Positions 29,307 to 39,225 of a stretch of 64,000 nucleotides of DNA are shown piece after piece. How positions within the stretch are numbered: the stretch's first letter is position 1; each line of letters starts with the position of its first letter. This DNA is from an uncultured Clostridia bacterium. Lineage in GTDB: Bacteria > Bacillota > Clostridia > Christensenellales > UBA1242. Below the pieces are notes generated by a model. That model saw only the letters and a program-made list of their open reading frames with translations. It made no database searches and was not told where the DNA came from. Made by a program: the position numbers and the translations under genes. The stretch lies in the NCBI GenBank assembly GCA_934793215.1, contig CAKVOP010000001.1:138871-202870 (forward strand), written 5' to 3'.

Positions 29307-31667
29307 ATGGGAAAGACTTTCTATGATAGTAAAAAATACTTTGATCTTTTAGACAAATATCTTCGTGCAACTAATTATCTTTCCGTGGCACAACTTTATC
29401 TTCTTAAAAATCCACTTTTAAGAGAGCCATTAACCCGCTCGCAAATTAAAAAGAAAATCGTTGGGCACTGGGGAACTGTTCCAGGACAAAATTTCGTTTA
29501 CGCACATATGGATAGGGTTATTTGTAAGTATGACCTTAATATGATTTATATTTCTGGGCCGGGGCATGGTGGTAACTTTTTTATCGCCAACAGTTACTTG
29601 GAAGGGCGTTATAGCGAAGTCTATCCAGATGTAAGTGAAGATGAAAAGGGTATGACAAAACTTTGCAAGCAATTCTCTTTCCCATGTGGTGTATCGAGCC
29701 ATGTTGCTCCCGAAACGCCAGGCTCAATGCATGAAGGTGGAGAGCTTGGTTATAGCCTTCTCCATGGTATGGGGGCAGTGCTAGACAATAAAGACCTTAT
29801 TGCAACTGTTGTGGTCGGTGATGGTGAGGCTGAAACTGGTCCGCTTGCAACCTCATGGCACTTGAATAAGTTTTTAAATCCTAAAACCGATGGGGCAGTG
29901 CTTCCAATTTTGCATTTAAATGGATACAAAATTTCTGGGCCTACGGTAATGTCTCGAATGCCTAAAAAGGAACTTGAATATCTTTTAAAGGGATATGGTT
30001 GGAATCCAATTTTTGTAGAAGGTGAAGATGTTAAAAAAATGCACCTTGTAATGGCAAAAGCAATGGATAAGTGCATTGAAGATATTAAAAAGATTCAAAC
30101 CTTGGCAAGAAATGGAAAATTAAATAGCCGTCCAATTTGGCCAATGATCGTTCTTCGTACTCCAAAAGGGTGGACCGCACCAAAATTTGTGGACGGGAAA
30201 CCAATGGAAGGCTCGTATAGGGCTCATCAAGTGCCAATAACACTTGAAGAGGAAGGTCATTTTGAAGTTTTAAAAAGATGGCTTGAAAGCTATCATGCAA
30301 GCGAGCTTTTCGATGAAAATTATCGACTCTTACAAGAAATAAAAGATATTTTACCAAAAGGGGACAAAAGAATTTCCGCAAACCCAGTCACAAACGGCGG
30401 ACTGCTTTTAAAAGACTTGATTTTGCCGAATATTTATGACTATGCAGTGGACACCGAAGGGCATGGCAAAGTTAAAAGACAAGATATGCTTGAACTAGGC
30501 AAATACATGCGAGACATTTTTATTTTGAATAAAGATAATCATAATTACCGCATTTTTAGCCCAGATGAAGCAAATTCAAACAGAATTGGAAGTGTTTTCG
30601 AAGTGGAAAACAGAAATTTTCAAGAAACAATTTATAAAACAGATGATTTTCTTGCTCCTGATGGACGCGTAATGGACTCGTACTTAAGTGAACATGCTTG
30701 TGAGGGCTGGCTTGAAGGCTATATCTTGACGGGTAGGCATGGAGTGTTTGTGACTTATGAAGCGTTTGCAAGAGTTGTTGATTCTATGATAAGTCAGCAT
30801 GCAAAGTGGCTAAAAATAACAAGGGCACTTCCTTGGCGTGCACCAATTTCATCGTTGAACTTGGTTTTGACTTCCAATATCTGGCAACAGGACCATAATG
30901 GTTATACACATCAAGAGCCGGGACTTCTTGATCACTTATCTAATAAGAAGTCGGAAATTGTAAGAATTTATCTTCCACCAGATGCAAATTGTCTTCTTTC
31001 TTGCTACGACCATTGTCAAGCAAGCAAAAACTATATTAATGTCATCGTTGCTTCAAAGCACCCATCTTACCAGTGGTTAAATATGGATGAAGCGGTTAGT
31101 CATTGTACCAAGGGGCTCTCAATTTGGGAGTGGGCTTCCACTTGCAAAGAAGGAGAAATTCCTGACCTAGTTCTGGCATGTGCAGGAGATACACCAACTA
31201 TTGAGGCTCTCGCTTGTATTTCTCTTGTGAAAAAGTATATGCCAGATGTTAAGGTGAGATTTGTAAACATTGTGGATATAATGAAACTGCAATCAAATTC
31301 CGCTCATCCTCATGGACTTACCGAAGCAGAATTTGATAAGATTTTCACGAAGAACAAGCCTATTATTTTCAATTTCCATGGTTATCAAAAATTTGTTCAT
31401 GGTCTTTTAATGTCAAGAAAAAATAAAAATCTAGAAATTCATGGCTATGAAGAAGAGGGAACAATTACCACTGCTTTTGATATAAGAGTGCAAAATAAAA
31501 TTGACCGTTATCACCTTGTCAAGGCAATAATAACTAAACTTAATCTTACAGAAAGATATTCACTCGTTCTTGAAGAAATGGATAGACTGCTTGATAAGCA
31601 TATCAAATATATTGCAAAGTATGGAGTTGATATGCCAGAAATTGTAAATTGGAAATGGGAAGATTGA
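29307..31667 (+). CDS. xfp: Xylulose-5-phosphate/fructose-6-phosphate phosphoketolase
   Basis: GHWGTVPGQNFVYAH and EGGELGYSL signatures. 786 aa, the typical Xfp length. Confidence 0.93.
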   Translation: MGKTFYDSKKYFDLLDKYLRATNYLSVAQLYLLKNPLLREPLTRSQIKKKIVGHWGTVPGQNFVYAHMDRVICKYDLNMIYISGPGHGGNFFIANSYLEGRYSEVYPDVSEDEKGMTKLCKQFSFPCGVSSHVAPETPGSMHEGGELGYSLLHGMGAVLDNKDLIATVVVGDGEAETGPLATSWHLNKFLNPKTDGAVLPILHLNGYKISGPTVMSRMPKKELEYLLKGYGWNPIFVEGEDVKKMHLVMAKAMDKCIEDIKKIQTLARNGKLNSRPIWPMIVLRTPKGWTAPKFVDGKPMEGSYRAHQVPITLEEEGHFEVLKRWLESYHASELFDENYRLLQEIKDILPKGDKRISANPVTNGGLLLKDLILPNIYDYAVDTEGHGKVKRQDMLELGKYMRDIFILNKDNHNYRIFSPDEANSNRIGSVFEVENRNFQETIYKTDDFLAPDGRVMDSYLSEHACEGWLEGYILTGRHGVFVTYEAFARVVDSMISQHAKWLKITRALPWRAPISSLNLVLTSNIWQQDHNGYTHQEPGLLDHLSNKKSEIVRIYLPPDANCLLSCYDHCQASKNYINVIVASKHPSYQWLNMDEAVSHCTKGLSIWEWASTCKEGEIPDLVLACAGDTPTIEALACISLVKKYMPDVKVRFVNIVDIMKLQSNSAHPHGLTEAEFDKIFTKNKPIIFNFHGYQKFVHGLLMSRKNKNLEIHGYEEEGTITTAFDIRVQNKIDRYHLVKAIITKLNLTERYSLVLEEMDRLLDKHIKYIAKYGVDMPEIVNWKWED

Positions 31668-31834
31668 TTATTTTATAATTAATTTAAATAAGTAATCATA
31701 CATGTTAAAATGTAAACGTGTTATTGAAAACACTCTTTGAGAAAAATAACAATAAAACAAAAAAATGCTTATATATTAAGCATTTTTTGTGTTTATTTGA
31801 AGTTTTTAAATGATTTTAATAACAAATATTACAT

Positions 31835-33415
31835 TTAAAATTGTTTTGTTTTAATATTTTCGTAAATCTTTTCGGCACATTTTATGCCGTCTTGGGCGGA
31901 AGAGATTATTCCTCCCGCATAACCCGCACCTTCCCCAACGGGGTATAGTCCATGAATTGAAGATTCATAGTTTTCGTCACGATTTATTGTAAGTGGACAA
32001 CTACTTCGTGATTCTACAGCGATAAGAAGATTCTCATCTTTTGCAAAACCATTTAGTTTTTTGTTTAAAATTGGAAGAGCTTCTTTAAGGGCTGTTGTCA
32101 CAAAACTTGGCAAGCACTTTTCTATCTTTGTTAAAGTTATGTTTGGTCTATACGATGGATTTATATTAGAGTTTACTCTTTTCCCAAGAAACTCTCCAAC
32201 GCTTTGGGCTGGTGCATGATAGTTGTTCCCACCCAACGCAAATGCGAGACGCTCATATTTATCTTGAAATTCAATTCCTGCAAGTGGGTGAGAGGAGTGA
32301 TAATCTTCTGGTGTTACATTGACTAGAAGAGCACTGTTGGCGTTTTCTTTATCTCGTGCAAATTCACTCATGCCATTTGTAACTATTCTGCCTTCCTCAC
32401 TAGAAGATGCAACGACTTGTCCCCCGGGACACATGCAAAATGTAAACACACTTCTTCCACTTGGCAGGTGTGTTACTAGTTTGTAATCTGCTGGTGGCAA
32501 AAGGTGAGCACTTTTTCCATATTGAGCAATGTTTATGTCGCTCTGTTTTTGTTCAATTCTTACACCCATAGCAAAAGGCTTTTGAGATAATTTTACGCCT
32601 TTTTCGTACAAAAGTTTAAATGTATCTCGGCCGCTATGACCTACGCAAAGCAAAAGGTGATTTGTTGCAATCTTCTTGCATTCTCCGCTATTGAGGTCAA
32701 GCACAGTGACCGAAATTATCTGCCCATTATTAGTGTCAAAATCAGTCATCTTATGGCTGAAATATATTTGACCGCCCAAATTTAAAATTTCTTCGCGAAG
32801 AGATTTTACAACATTTTTAAGTTTGTCGCTCCCTATGTGAGGTTTGGCGTCATAGAGTATTTCTGGTGGTGCACCGAAATTGACTAATTCTTGTAAAACA
32901 GCCTTGCAGTGCCTATTTGAAACGTTGCTGTTTAATTTTCCATCGCTAAATGTTCCCGCACCACCTTCTCCAAATTGAACATTAGAAAAAATGTTTAACT
33001 TTCCTTTTCCCCAAAACTCCAAAACATCTTTTTCTCGTTCGTCAACCTTTTTCCCTTGTTCCAAAATTACAGGCTTCAATCCCATTCTAGCGAGTGCTAG
33101 ACCTGCAAACATTCCACTTGGACCAAAACCAATTATTACAGGAGACGGATTGATAGATTTTTGTTCGTATTGAAGTGAAAAGTCTTCCTCTTCATATTTC
33201 AAATCTTTGAAGTTGTTTTCAAGATTTTCTTCTAGTTCTACGATTGCTGAAATCATATAATAAACATTTGGCTTCCGTCTTGCATCGATTGATTTTTTAA
33301 AAATTTTAATCTTTTTTATTGTTTTTTGAGGTAAATTAAGCGTTTTTGCACAAATTATTGATAATTTTTCATCAGTATAAGGTGGAATTATTTTTAAATT
33401 ATCAAGTTTTATCAT
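31835..33415 (-). CDS. FAD-dependent oxidoreductase (COG2509-type)
   Basis: Dinucleotide-binding IIGFGPSGMFAGLALA and the GEGGAGTFSDGKL motif. 526 aa. Confidence 0.75.
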   Translation of the reverse strand: MIKLDNLKIIPPYTDEKLSIICAKTLNLPQKTIKKIKIFKKSIDARRKPNVYYMISAIVELEENLENNFKDLKYEEEDFSLQYEQKSINPSPVIIGFGPSGMFAGLALARMGLKPVILEQGKKVDEREKDVLEFWGKGKLNIFSNVQFGEGGAGTFSDGKLNSNVSNRHCKAVLQELVNFGAPPEILYDAKPHIGSDKLKNVVKSLREEILNLGGQIYFSHKMTDFDTNNGQIISVTVLDLNSGECKKIATNHLLLCVGHSGRDTFKLLYEKGVKLSQKPFAMGVRIEQKQSDINIAQYGKSAHLLPPADYKLVTHLPSGRSVFTFCMCPGGQVVASSSEEGRIVTNGMSEFARDKENANSALLVNVTPEDYHSSHPLAGIEFQDKYERLAFALGGNNYHAPAQSVGEFLGKRVNSNINPSYRPNITLTKIEKCLPSFVTTALKEALPILNKKLNGFAKDENLLIAVESRSSCPLTINRDENYESSIHGLYPVGEGAGYAGGIISSAQDGIKCAEKIYENIKTKQF

Positions 33416-34569
33416 AAGTTATCTCCTACAATCTTTCCACTCGTGAAAGCCCATTGCAAATTGTATCCTCCGCATTCGCCGTCTACATCACATGCTTCGC
33501 CAATAAAATAAAGATTACTAAATTTCTTGCTTTCGAGGTTTTTTGTTAACGATTGAAGTTTAACTCCGCCAGAAATAACCTGATTATTATCATAAGTGCC
33601 CTTTACTTCAAAAGTGAAGTTCTTTATGTGTTTAGCGAGGCTTCTAGCATCGTCATTTGACAAACTTGAAAGCGGGAGTGATTCGTCTAAACGGACGCGA
33701 TTTAAAATTTCGTAACCAATGGCTGGAAGAATAAAACCATCAAAAATATGGCTTATTTTTCTAGGAAGCATCTTCCTAGATAATAAGATATTTTCGATTT
33801 CTTTCTCACTTTTATTTGGGAAAATATCAATCGAAATAGTTCCTTTAAAGTTTTTAATTCTTGCGAGTCTTGCCGAAAGATTAAAGATACATATTCCACT
33901 TAATCCGCTGTCTTTAAAAAGCACTTCGCCATTATCTTTAAATTTTTTTCCGTTTGGCAATGAAAGTGAAACTTCGCAATTTGTGATTTTAGAACCAGAA
34001 AGTGAACGGGTGGGTGCTGTTTTAAGTGCCACTAGGCTAGGGTATGGATTAGAAATTTCAACGTCAAATTGTTTTTTTGCAAAATCAATACTTTTCCCTC
34101 CCAAAGCATAAACGAGTTTATGGCAACAATAATCTTCATCATTAGTTTTTATCATAAAGTTTCCATTTCCTTCTTTTACACTTTGAATTTCTGTATTCCC
34201 AAAAAATTTCACTCCGCTTTCTTCAAGAGCAAGTTCCAAAACTGTTGTAACCGATTTTGCACTATTAGATAATGGATATATTCGTCCTTCATTGTCAACA
34301 TATGATTCGAGGCCTATTTGTTTGAAAAATTTAATAGTGTCCTCACTTGAAAATCGTTCTAGGAAATTGTCAATATTTTGATTAAAAAATATGCTTGACA
34401 TATTTTGGTTTGTCAAGTTGCATCGGCCATTGCCTGTCACTAAAATTTTTTTCGCAGGTCTATTATCTTTGTCTAAAATGGCAACGTTCTGGCCCTTGCG
34501 TCCTGCACTAATTGCACAAACACAACCACTCGCACCACCGCCCAAAACTATAACATCAAAAAATTTCAT
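33412..34569 (-). CDS. HI0933/BaiN-like flavoprotein (aminoacetone oxidase family)
   Basis: N-terminal VIVLGGGASG and the GNGRCNLTN motif typical of the HI0933-like family. 4-nt overlap with the downstream gene. Confidence 0.8.
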   Translation of the reverse strand: MKFFDVIVLGGGASGCVCAISAGRKGQNVAILDKDNRPAKKILVTGNGRCNLTNQNMSSIFFNQNIDNFLERFSSEDTIKFFKQIGLESYVDNEGRIYPLSNSAKSVTTVLELALEESGVKFFGNTEIQSVKEGNGNFMIKTNDEDYCCHKLVYALGGKSIDFAKKQFDVEISNPYPSLVALKTAPTRSLSGSKITNCEVSLSLPNGKKFKDNGEVLFKDSGLSGICIFNLSARLARIKNFKGTISIDIFPNKSEKEIENILLSRKMLPRKISHIFDGFILPAIGYEILNRVRLDESLPLSSLSNDDARSLAKHIKNFTFEVKGTYDNNQVISGGVKLQSLTKNLESKKFSNLYFIGEACDVDGECGGYNLQWAFTSGKIVGDNL

Positions 34570-34679
34570 TTTTCACCTAAAAATAGTTTAGCATAAAAAT
34601 CATTTAAAATCAAAATATTTACTTTCCGTTGTTTATATTTTTGTCTTTTGGTAAAAATTGTTATAGAATTCGAGGCGAA

Positions 34680-35177
34680 ATGGATAAAAAATACAAGTTT
34701 ATGCTTGCAAATCATATTGTAGGAACGGCACTATGCCTTTTGATGCTTATTTTTTGTGCATCAAATTTTATTACGGGAAACGAAAATCTTACGGGGATAA
34801 ATTTAATAATTGCCCCTAATGGAGACCCAATAGCTTCAACGATTTCAATTTCGATAGTGTTTATGATAACCATACTTGCTGTTATGGGAATTGTGAGTTT
34901 TTGTCTCCTTCTTGCTGACTTTGAAATTATTGAGAATGAAAAAACATTGGATATGCTTGTAAAATTTCAACTTATTTTAGCGTTGTTTTTAGTTACACTG
35001 ACGTTTGTAACATTAATATGTTTGAAATTGAAAACGACTGAATTGAATCGTGGGCAGTCTTCACAAAATACTTTGGGTATAGGCGGTGTTATAAATTTTG
35101 TTTTTTCGCTTGTTCTTCTTACGCAATCATTTGCATTGAGATATATTGACAAAATTGACTTTGAAAAGATTAAATAA
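34680..35177 (+). CDS. Polytopic membrane protein, unknown function
   Basis: GAGG SD before the ATG at 34680 (MDKKYKF...). 4-5 hydrophobic spans. Confidence 0.55.
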   Translation: MDKKYKFMLANHIVGTALCLLMLIFCASNFITGNENLTGINLIIAPNGDPIASTISISIVFMITILAVMGIVSFCLLLADFEIIENEKTLDMLVKFQLILALFLVTLTFVTLICLKLKTTELNRGQSSQNTLGIGGVINFVFSLVLLTQSFALRYIDKIDFEKIK

Positions 35178-35594
35178 CAAAATCGTAAAAAGAAAAAGGT
35201 TAAAATAAACTTGTTATCCAACTAAATTTCGTTTTTTACTCAATTTTTATTAGTTTTTTGACACTTATAGATGAATTTTAAAATAATTTATGATATAAAT
35301 ATTTTGTATTAAAGAATTTAGTTTTAATTCGTTTATCCTGTCAATGATAATTAAATCACTTTGCAACATGTTTTTATGTCACCAATATGTTGTGCAGAAT
35401 AAAAAAGAATGTCTATTTAGAAATTGACATACATACAAAAAATTGTTTTTAATTTATCGTCATTGTTGGTTAATATGTTTAAGTGGTTAATACGATAAAT
35501 ACAATCTGTGAGAGATTGTGAATTTGTAAAAATTTATTTGTAAGTTTTAGATAAACTATATAAAATATGCTATCATGTTAATAGAGGAGGAGTT

Positions 35595-36146
35595 ATGTGG
35601 TGGAGTAAAGTGTGTTCTTTATTGAGCAATTTTTTACCTTTTGGTATTTATTTGCTAGTTTTAAGTTTTGTTTCCAATTTTAGTTGGGTTCTTCGTGGCG
35701 TTTTTATTGGTCTTGTTTTAATACAGTTTATTTGTGTTTTAATGTTAAAATATACAATTAATAAATATGTCGCAAAATTCCCATATTCGGGCAAAGAATA
35801 CAAAATTGTGAGAGTGACAAGAGATAGAAATTCATCTTTAAATTTTTTAGTAACAAATATATTCCCATTAATTTCACTGGATTTAAGCAATTATGGAATG
35901 ATAGCATTTACAATAATAACTATTATCATCGTCATAATACTTTTCTTCAAAAATAATTTATATCTTTACAACCCAATACTCGAAATTTGGGGATTTAGAA
36001 TATATAATATTGAACTAGAAGAGATAAATGAAAAAGAAACCACCCAAAATGTGGTTTCTAAAACATTAATATCAAGTAAACTTATTCCGCTAAATTCTAA
36101 TATTAGAATCAAGGAATTTGAAGATGACATTGCTTTTAATCAATAA
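35595..36146 (+). CDS. 4-TM membrane protein, unknown function (candidate partner of the DUF4868-like gene)
   Basis: GGAGGAG SD and a TGCTATCAT -10. Four hydrophobic spans followed by an ~60-aa soluble C-terminus. The 3' end overlaps the convergent gene by 11 nt. Confidence 0.6.
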   Translation: MWWSKVCSLLSNFLPFGIYLLVLSFVSNFSWVLRGVFIGLVLIQFICVLMLKYTINKYVAKFPYSGKEYKIVRVTRDRNSSLNFLVTNIFPLISLDLSNYGMIAFTIITIIIVIILFFKNNLYLYNPILEIWGFRIYNIELEEINEKETTQNVVSKTLISSKLIPLNSNIRIKEFEDDIAFNQ

Positions 36147-37092
36147 TTTCGTTTCCAGGGGCGTTATAAATTTGGTCTATATCAATGTAATCTCTTTTTA
36201 AATCATTGCACAAAAATTTACTAATTATTTTTTGTTTGTCTTCGGAGTCGAGGAGTAAGTCTCCTTGACTATTTTTTTGAATGTTATACTTTTTCAAAAA
36301 GTTTTGTGCATATTTATTCTCTGATTTGAGGGCAATCAATTTTCTCTTATCGTAATTGTTGTAGCAATAATAATTTTTGCCTTTTAAAGAATAAGACTCT
36401 AATGCGGCAATTGAATCTTTGCTAAAAAGATTTGCTGATTTTATGTCGTTCATCGCTTCTATCATTTGTTCTTTTAAACTATTTTCAAGTCCAAACACTG
36501 ATTCAATTAAATTGCTAAAAAGGTATACCTCATTGTCAAAAATACAAGCAGACAAAGATAAAGGAAATTTTAAGTCGTATTTTACTGGTTTTGCAGTTCC
36601 TGAATTATCAATGCTAAATATAAATTGTTTGCATTTTACAAATGGAGTTCCTTTGCAAAATAAATATACATCTTTATCTTCAAGTTTAGTGTAAATAGCC
36701 AAACAATTCGCATATTTCTTTGCTAAAGAAACATTTTCTGTATTTGAAATGGCTAACTGACTTAAACAATTCTTTATTTTACTTGAATTTCCATTATCCA
36801 AATTGAGATCAATAAAATCAATGGTTGTTTTATTATTGCTGTAATTAAATTCTTTTATTTCGCTAGTTTTCGAAATAGATGACTCGGCCTTGTTGAGTAG
36901 GGTTTCAATATATTCCTTAATGTCGCTGGTTTTTAAGTTTATTCTGTAACAAGGATAGTTAAAGAGAGCCTCTTTTTCGCTATATTTAGTTAAAAAAGCC
37001 ATAACCGACATTTCTGCGGAACCATTTGGCAAATTGTGGATTTTGCTTTTTAGTTCTATTAAGAACTCTTTCAATTCATCGGTGTTTTTCAT
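36136..37092 (-). CDS. Hypothetical protein, possibly DUF4868/KwaB-like (Kiwa defence component)
   Basis: 318 aa with its own TGGTATAAT promoter and GGAGG SD. Length and sequence texture (...DVYLFCKGTPFVKCKQFIFSIDNSGTAKPVKYDLKFPLSLSACIFDNEVYLFSNLIESVFG...) recall DUF4868. No alignment was possible. Confidence 0.5.
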   Translation of the reverse strand: MKNTDELKEFLIELKSKIHNLPNGSAEMSVMAFLTKYSEKEALFNYPCYRINLKTSDIKEYIETLLNKAESSISKTSEIKEFNYSNNKTTIDFIDLNLDNGNSSKIKNCLSQLAISNTENVSLAKKYANCLAIYTKLEDKDVYLFCKGTPFVKCKQFIFSIDNSGTAKPVKYDLKFPLSLSACIFDNEVYLFSNLIESVFGLENSLKEQMIEAMNDIKSANLFSKDSIAALESYSLKGKNYYCYNNYDKRKLIALKSENKYAQNFLKKYNIQKNSQGDLLLDSEDKQKIISKFLCNDLKRDYIDIDQIYNAPGNEIID

Positions 37093-37481
37093 TAAACCTC
37101 CATTATTATGGATTCATTATACCATAAAGTTTCTAAAAAGTACAGATATTTGTAAAAAATTGTAAAATATATTTGCTTTTAATCAAAAAATGTCACAAAA
37201 TTAACAGCTCCATTTTGTGGCTAACCAGAATAAAATTTTTCGGCAGTAGTTAAACATTCCTTTATAATCTTGATTTATTATTTTTCTGAACATAATATAG
37301 TGGTTGTTTAAACTTACTTTATATATCTCGTTATAATTGAAACGCAAATATTTTAAAGAAACATTTAAAAAAATTAGCAAGAAATGGGTAGCCCCGTATC
37401 GACCTTGTGTGTCAAGAAATGTTAGAGATGACATTTTGATAAACAAAAAGACGCCATGCTAGCGTCTTTTTTATTGAAAAT

Positions 37482-37526
37482 TGGTGTGACTATGCATATT
37501 TGAACTGCAGACCTATCGCTTAGGAG
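37482..37526 (-). pseudogene. 3' half of a chromosomal tRNA-Arg(CCU) gene (anticodon loop to CCA); element junction
   Basis: Minus strand CTCCTAAGCGATAGGTCTGCAGTTCAAATATGCATAGTCACACCA. Similarity to the intact gene at 55493-55569 starts exactly in the anticodon loop. A G53:A61 mismatch suggests decay. A native terminator lies just downstream (37449-37472). Confidence 0.8.
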
Positions 37527-37785
37527 CAACAAAATATTGTCATTTTAACTTTTTTATCGCTCACTTTCGCGATTATTACAAACATTATAACACCTAACTT
37601 GCAAAATTCCAACCAACTTTTCTATCTTTTGAAACATAAACATAAACCAATTCAAATCCACGGTACAGAAATGGTGACTTTTTGAGCAATTTTAAGGTTT
37701 GGGTACAATTTGGCACTTTTATGACACATTGAGATATTGATTTATTACTCTACATTATGATATAATTTTTAAAAGGAGGCAAAAT

Positions 37786-38151
37786 ATGATTCACTTCAAA
37801 GAAGAGTTAAGAAACAAAGCAGATTTGCTACACACAATTAAAGAGTATGCAGATGCATTTAAGGATTTGTCAAAAATTGAATATACCGTTACACATATAT
37901 ATGAATTTGGTGGAATCGAGAATGCAAAGAGTTTGCATAAAGAATTATTTGAAAAATATCCAGAAATATTAGCTATGCTAACGGTTGCAGAAATGTTGCC
38001 TAGAGTTAATACACCTTTAAGAAATAAAACTGTTCAACAGATACCAGAAGTAAGCGATCTAATTCAAGATAAGTTCGGGATATATACTCACATATTGTTA
38101 AAATCAAAAGACATAAAAGAGATAAAAGATTTTATAGATTATGTTGATTAA
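37786..38151 (+). CDS. Hypothetical protein (island)
   Basis: 121 aa with a TGATATAAT -10 and AAGGAGG SD immediately upstream. Confidence 0.55.
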   Translation: MIHFKEELRNKADLLHTIKEYADAFKDLSKIEYTVTHIYEFGGIENAKSLHKELFEKYPEILAMLTVAEMLPRVNTPLRNKTVQQIPEVSDLIQDKFGIYTHILLKSKDIKEIKDFIDYVD

Positions 38152-38223
38152 AAATTTCAGAACATATCTTAAATGTAATCTTGATCACACGGTCAATTTC
38201 AAGAGATTGGAGTTGACCTTTTT

Positions 38224-38433
38224 CTATGTCAAATCGAAATATTCTTTCCACTTTTCTTTTGAAAAGCCTTTTACGAACTTGTCTTTAAGTTCACAAATCT
38301 TATTTAATTGCAACTGCTCTTCGGCAGTTCTTTTTTCATTTTCTAGTATATCTCTGACTAGTTGTAAAACGTGGTTCAACTTTCTCACCTCCATTTGAAA
38401 TAATGCTACAATACTTTGCATAGTCTTCGCCAT
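38224..38433 (-). CDS. Small coiled-coil protein (island); start uncertain
   Basis: ORF overlaps the 3' end of the upstream 121-aa ORF in another frame. An internal ATGGAGGTG context (near 38394) could be the real start, giving a 56-aa product. Confidence 0.35.
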   Translation of the reverse strand: MAKTMQSIVALFQMEVRKLNHVLQLVRDILENEKRTAEEQLQLNKICELKDKFVKGFSKEKWKEYFDLT

Positions 38434-38701
38434 TGCTATTTACAAGCAATATAATGTCCGATTGCAAACAGCAAAACATTAATACATGCCAAACCCCTTG
38501 TGTATCAATAAACATATCTTTTTTGTGACAAGAAACAAAAGGCATTTCTTCCATAAGATGCTCACGAAAAGGAATAAAGTCTCGCTTAGATAAATACACA
38601 ACTCTTTCAATTACATATTCACATTCCAAACCTTCGCCTCTGTCGAGTTTATTTCTTAGCAACCGTGCATTTGCCATATCGAATAAAAACCTTGCTTTCA
38701 T
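38336..38701 (-). CDS. Hypothetical protein (island)
   Basis: 121-aa ORF immediately downstream of the 75-aa ORF on the minus strand. No recognisable motif. Confidence 0.5.
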   Translation of the reverse strand: MKARFLFDMANARLLRNKLDRGEGLECEYVIERVVYLSKRDFIPFREHLMEEMPFVSCHKKDMFIDTQGVWHVLMFCCLQSDIILLVNSNGEDYAKYCSIISNGGEKVEPRFTTSQRYTRK

Positions 38702-38712
38702 GGATGCCTACC

Positions 38713-38940
38713 TTAACGAAAACGCATCTTTACAAACTTTGTAAGTGTGATTGATGTATTCCTTCGATTCGATTTTTGTAATTCTCCAATCTCAACACAA
38801 AATTTTAAAAATTCAATACATTGTTCATCGTTTAGGCTTGAAACAAATTGCATCTTCAATTCATTAACTTTTGCCATTTTATTATTCAATTCATCTGAAC
38901 CTACGAACGACTTATTAACCAAATCAATTATTTTTTTCAT
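38713..38940 (-). CDS. Small hypothetical protein (island)
   Basis: GAGGAGG SD before the ATG at 38940 (MKKIIDLVNK...). 75 aa, helical. Confidence 0.5.
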   Translation of the reverse strand: MKKIIDLVNKSFVGSDELNNKMAKVNELKMQFVSSLNDEQCIEFLKFCVEIGELQKSNRRNTSITLTKFVKMRFR

Positions 38941-39225
38941 AACACCTCCTCGGGTTGTTGTGTGTTTTACCGTAAAATAATATTTTTTGCAAGTCTTTTG
39001 CAAATGTTTCTAAAAAGATATTACAACGCTATCCTAAGGGGTTGCTGTATTCAGATAACCCAAGTGCTTTAATGCCAACAGTGTTTCATTAAAAATTTAT
39101 AAAAATCCCTGGACTTATATGATTTATTAAAGTATTATTCATGTTAACATTAAAAGCGTTAAAAAATTTGTGTTTTGTAGATACAGAAATGACTTTTATG
39201 TGTTATAATAAAGGTGGAGGCAAAA

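Noticed and set aside
37201-37446. 81-aa minus-strand ORF between the KwaB-like gene and the tRNA-Arg 3' half
   Set aside because: It has no SD and an odd composition. The region is better explained as the native tRNA terminator and flank. A short plus-strand transcript ending at the 37449-37472 hairpin cannot be excluded, but it is unsupported.
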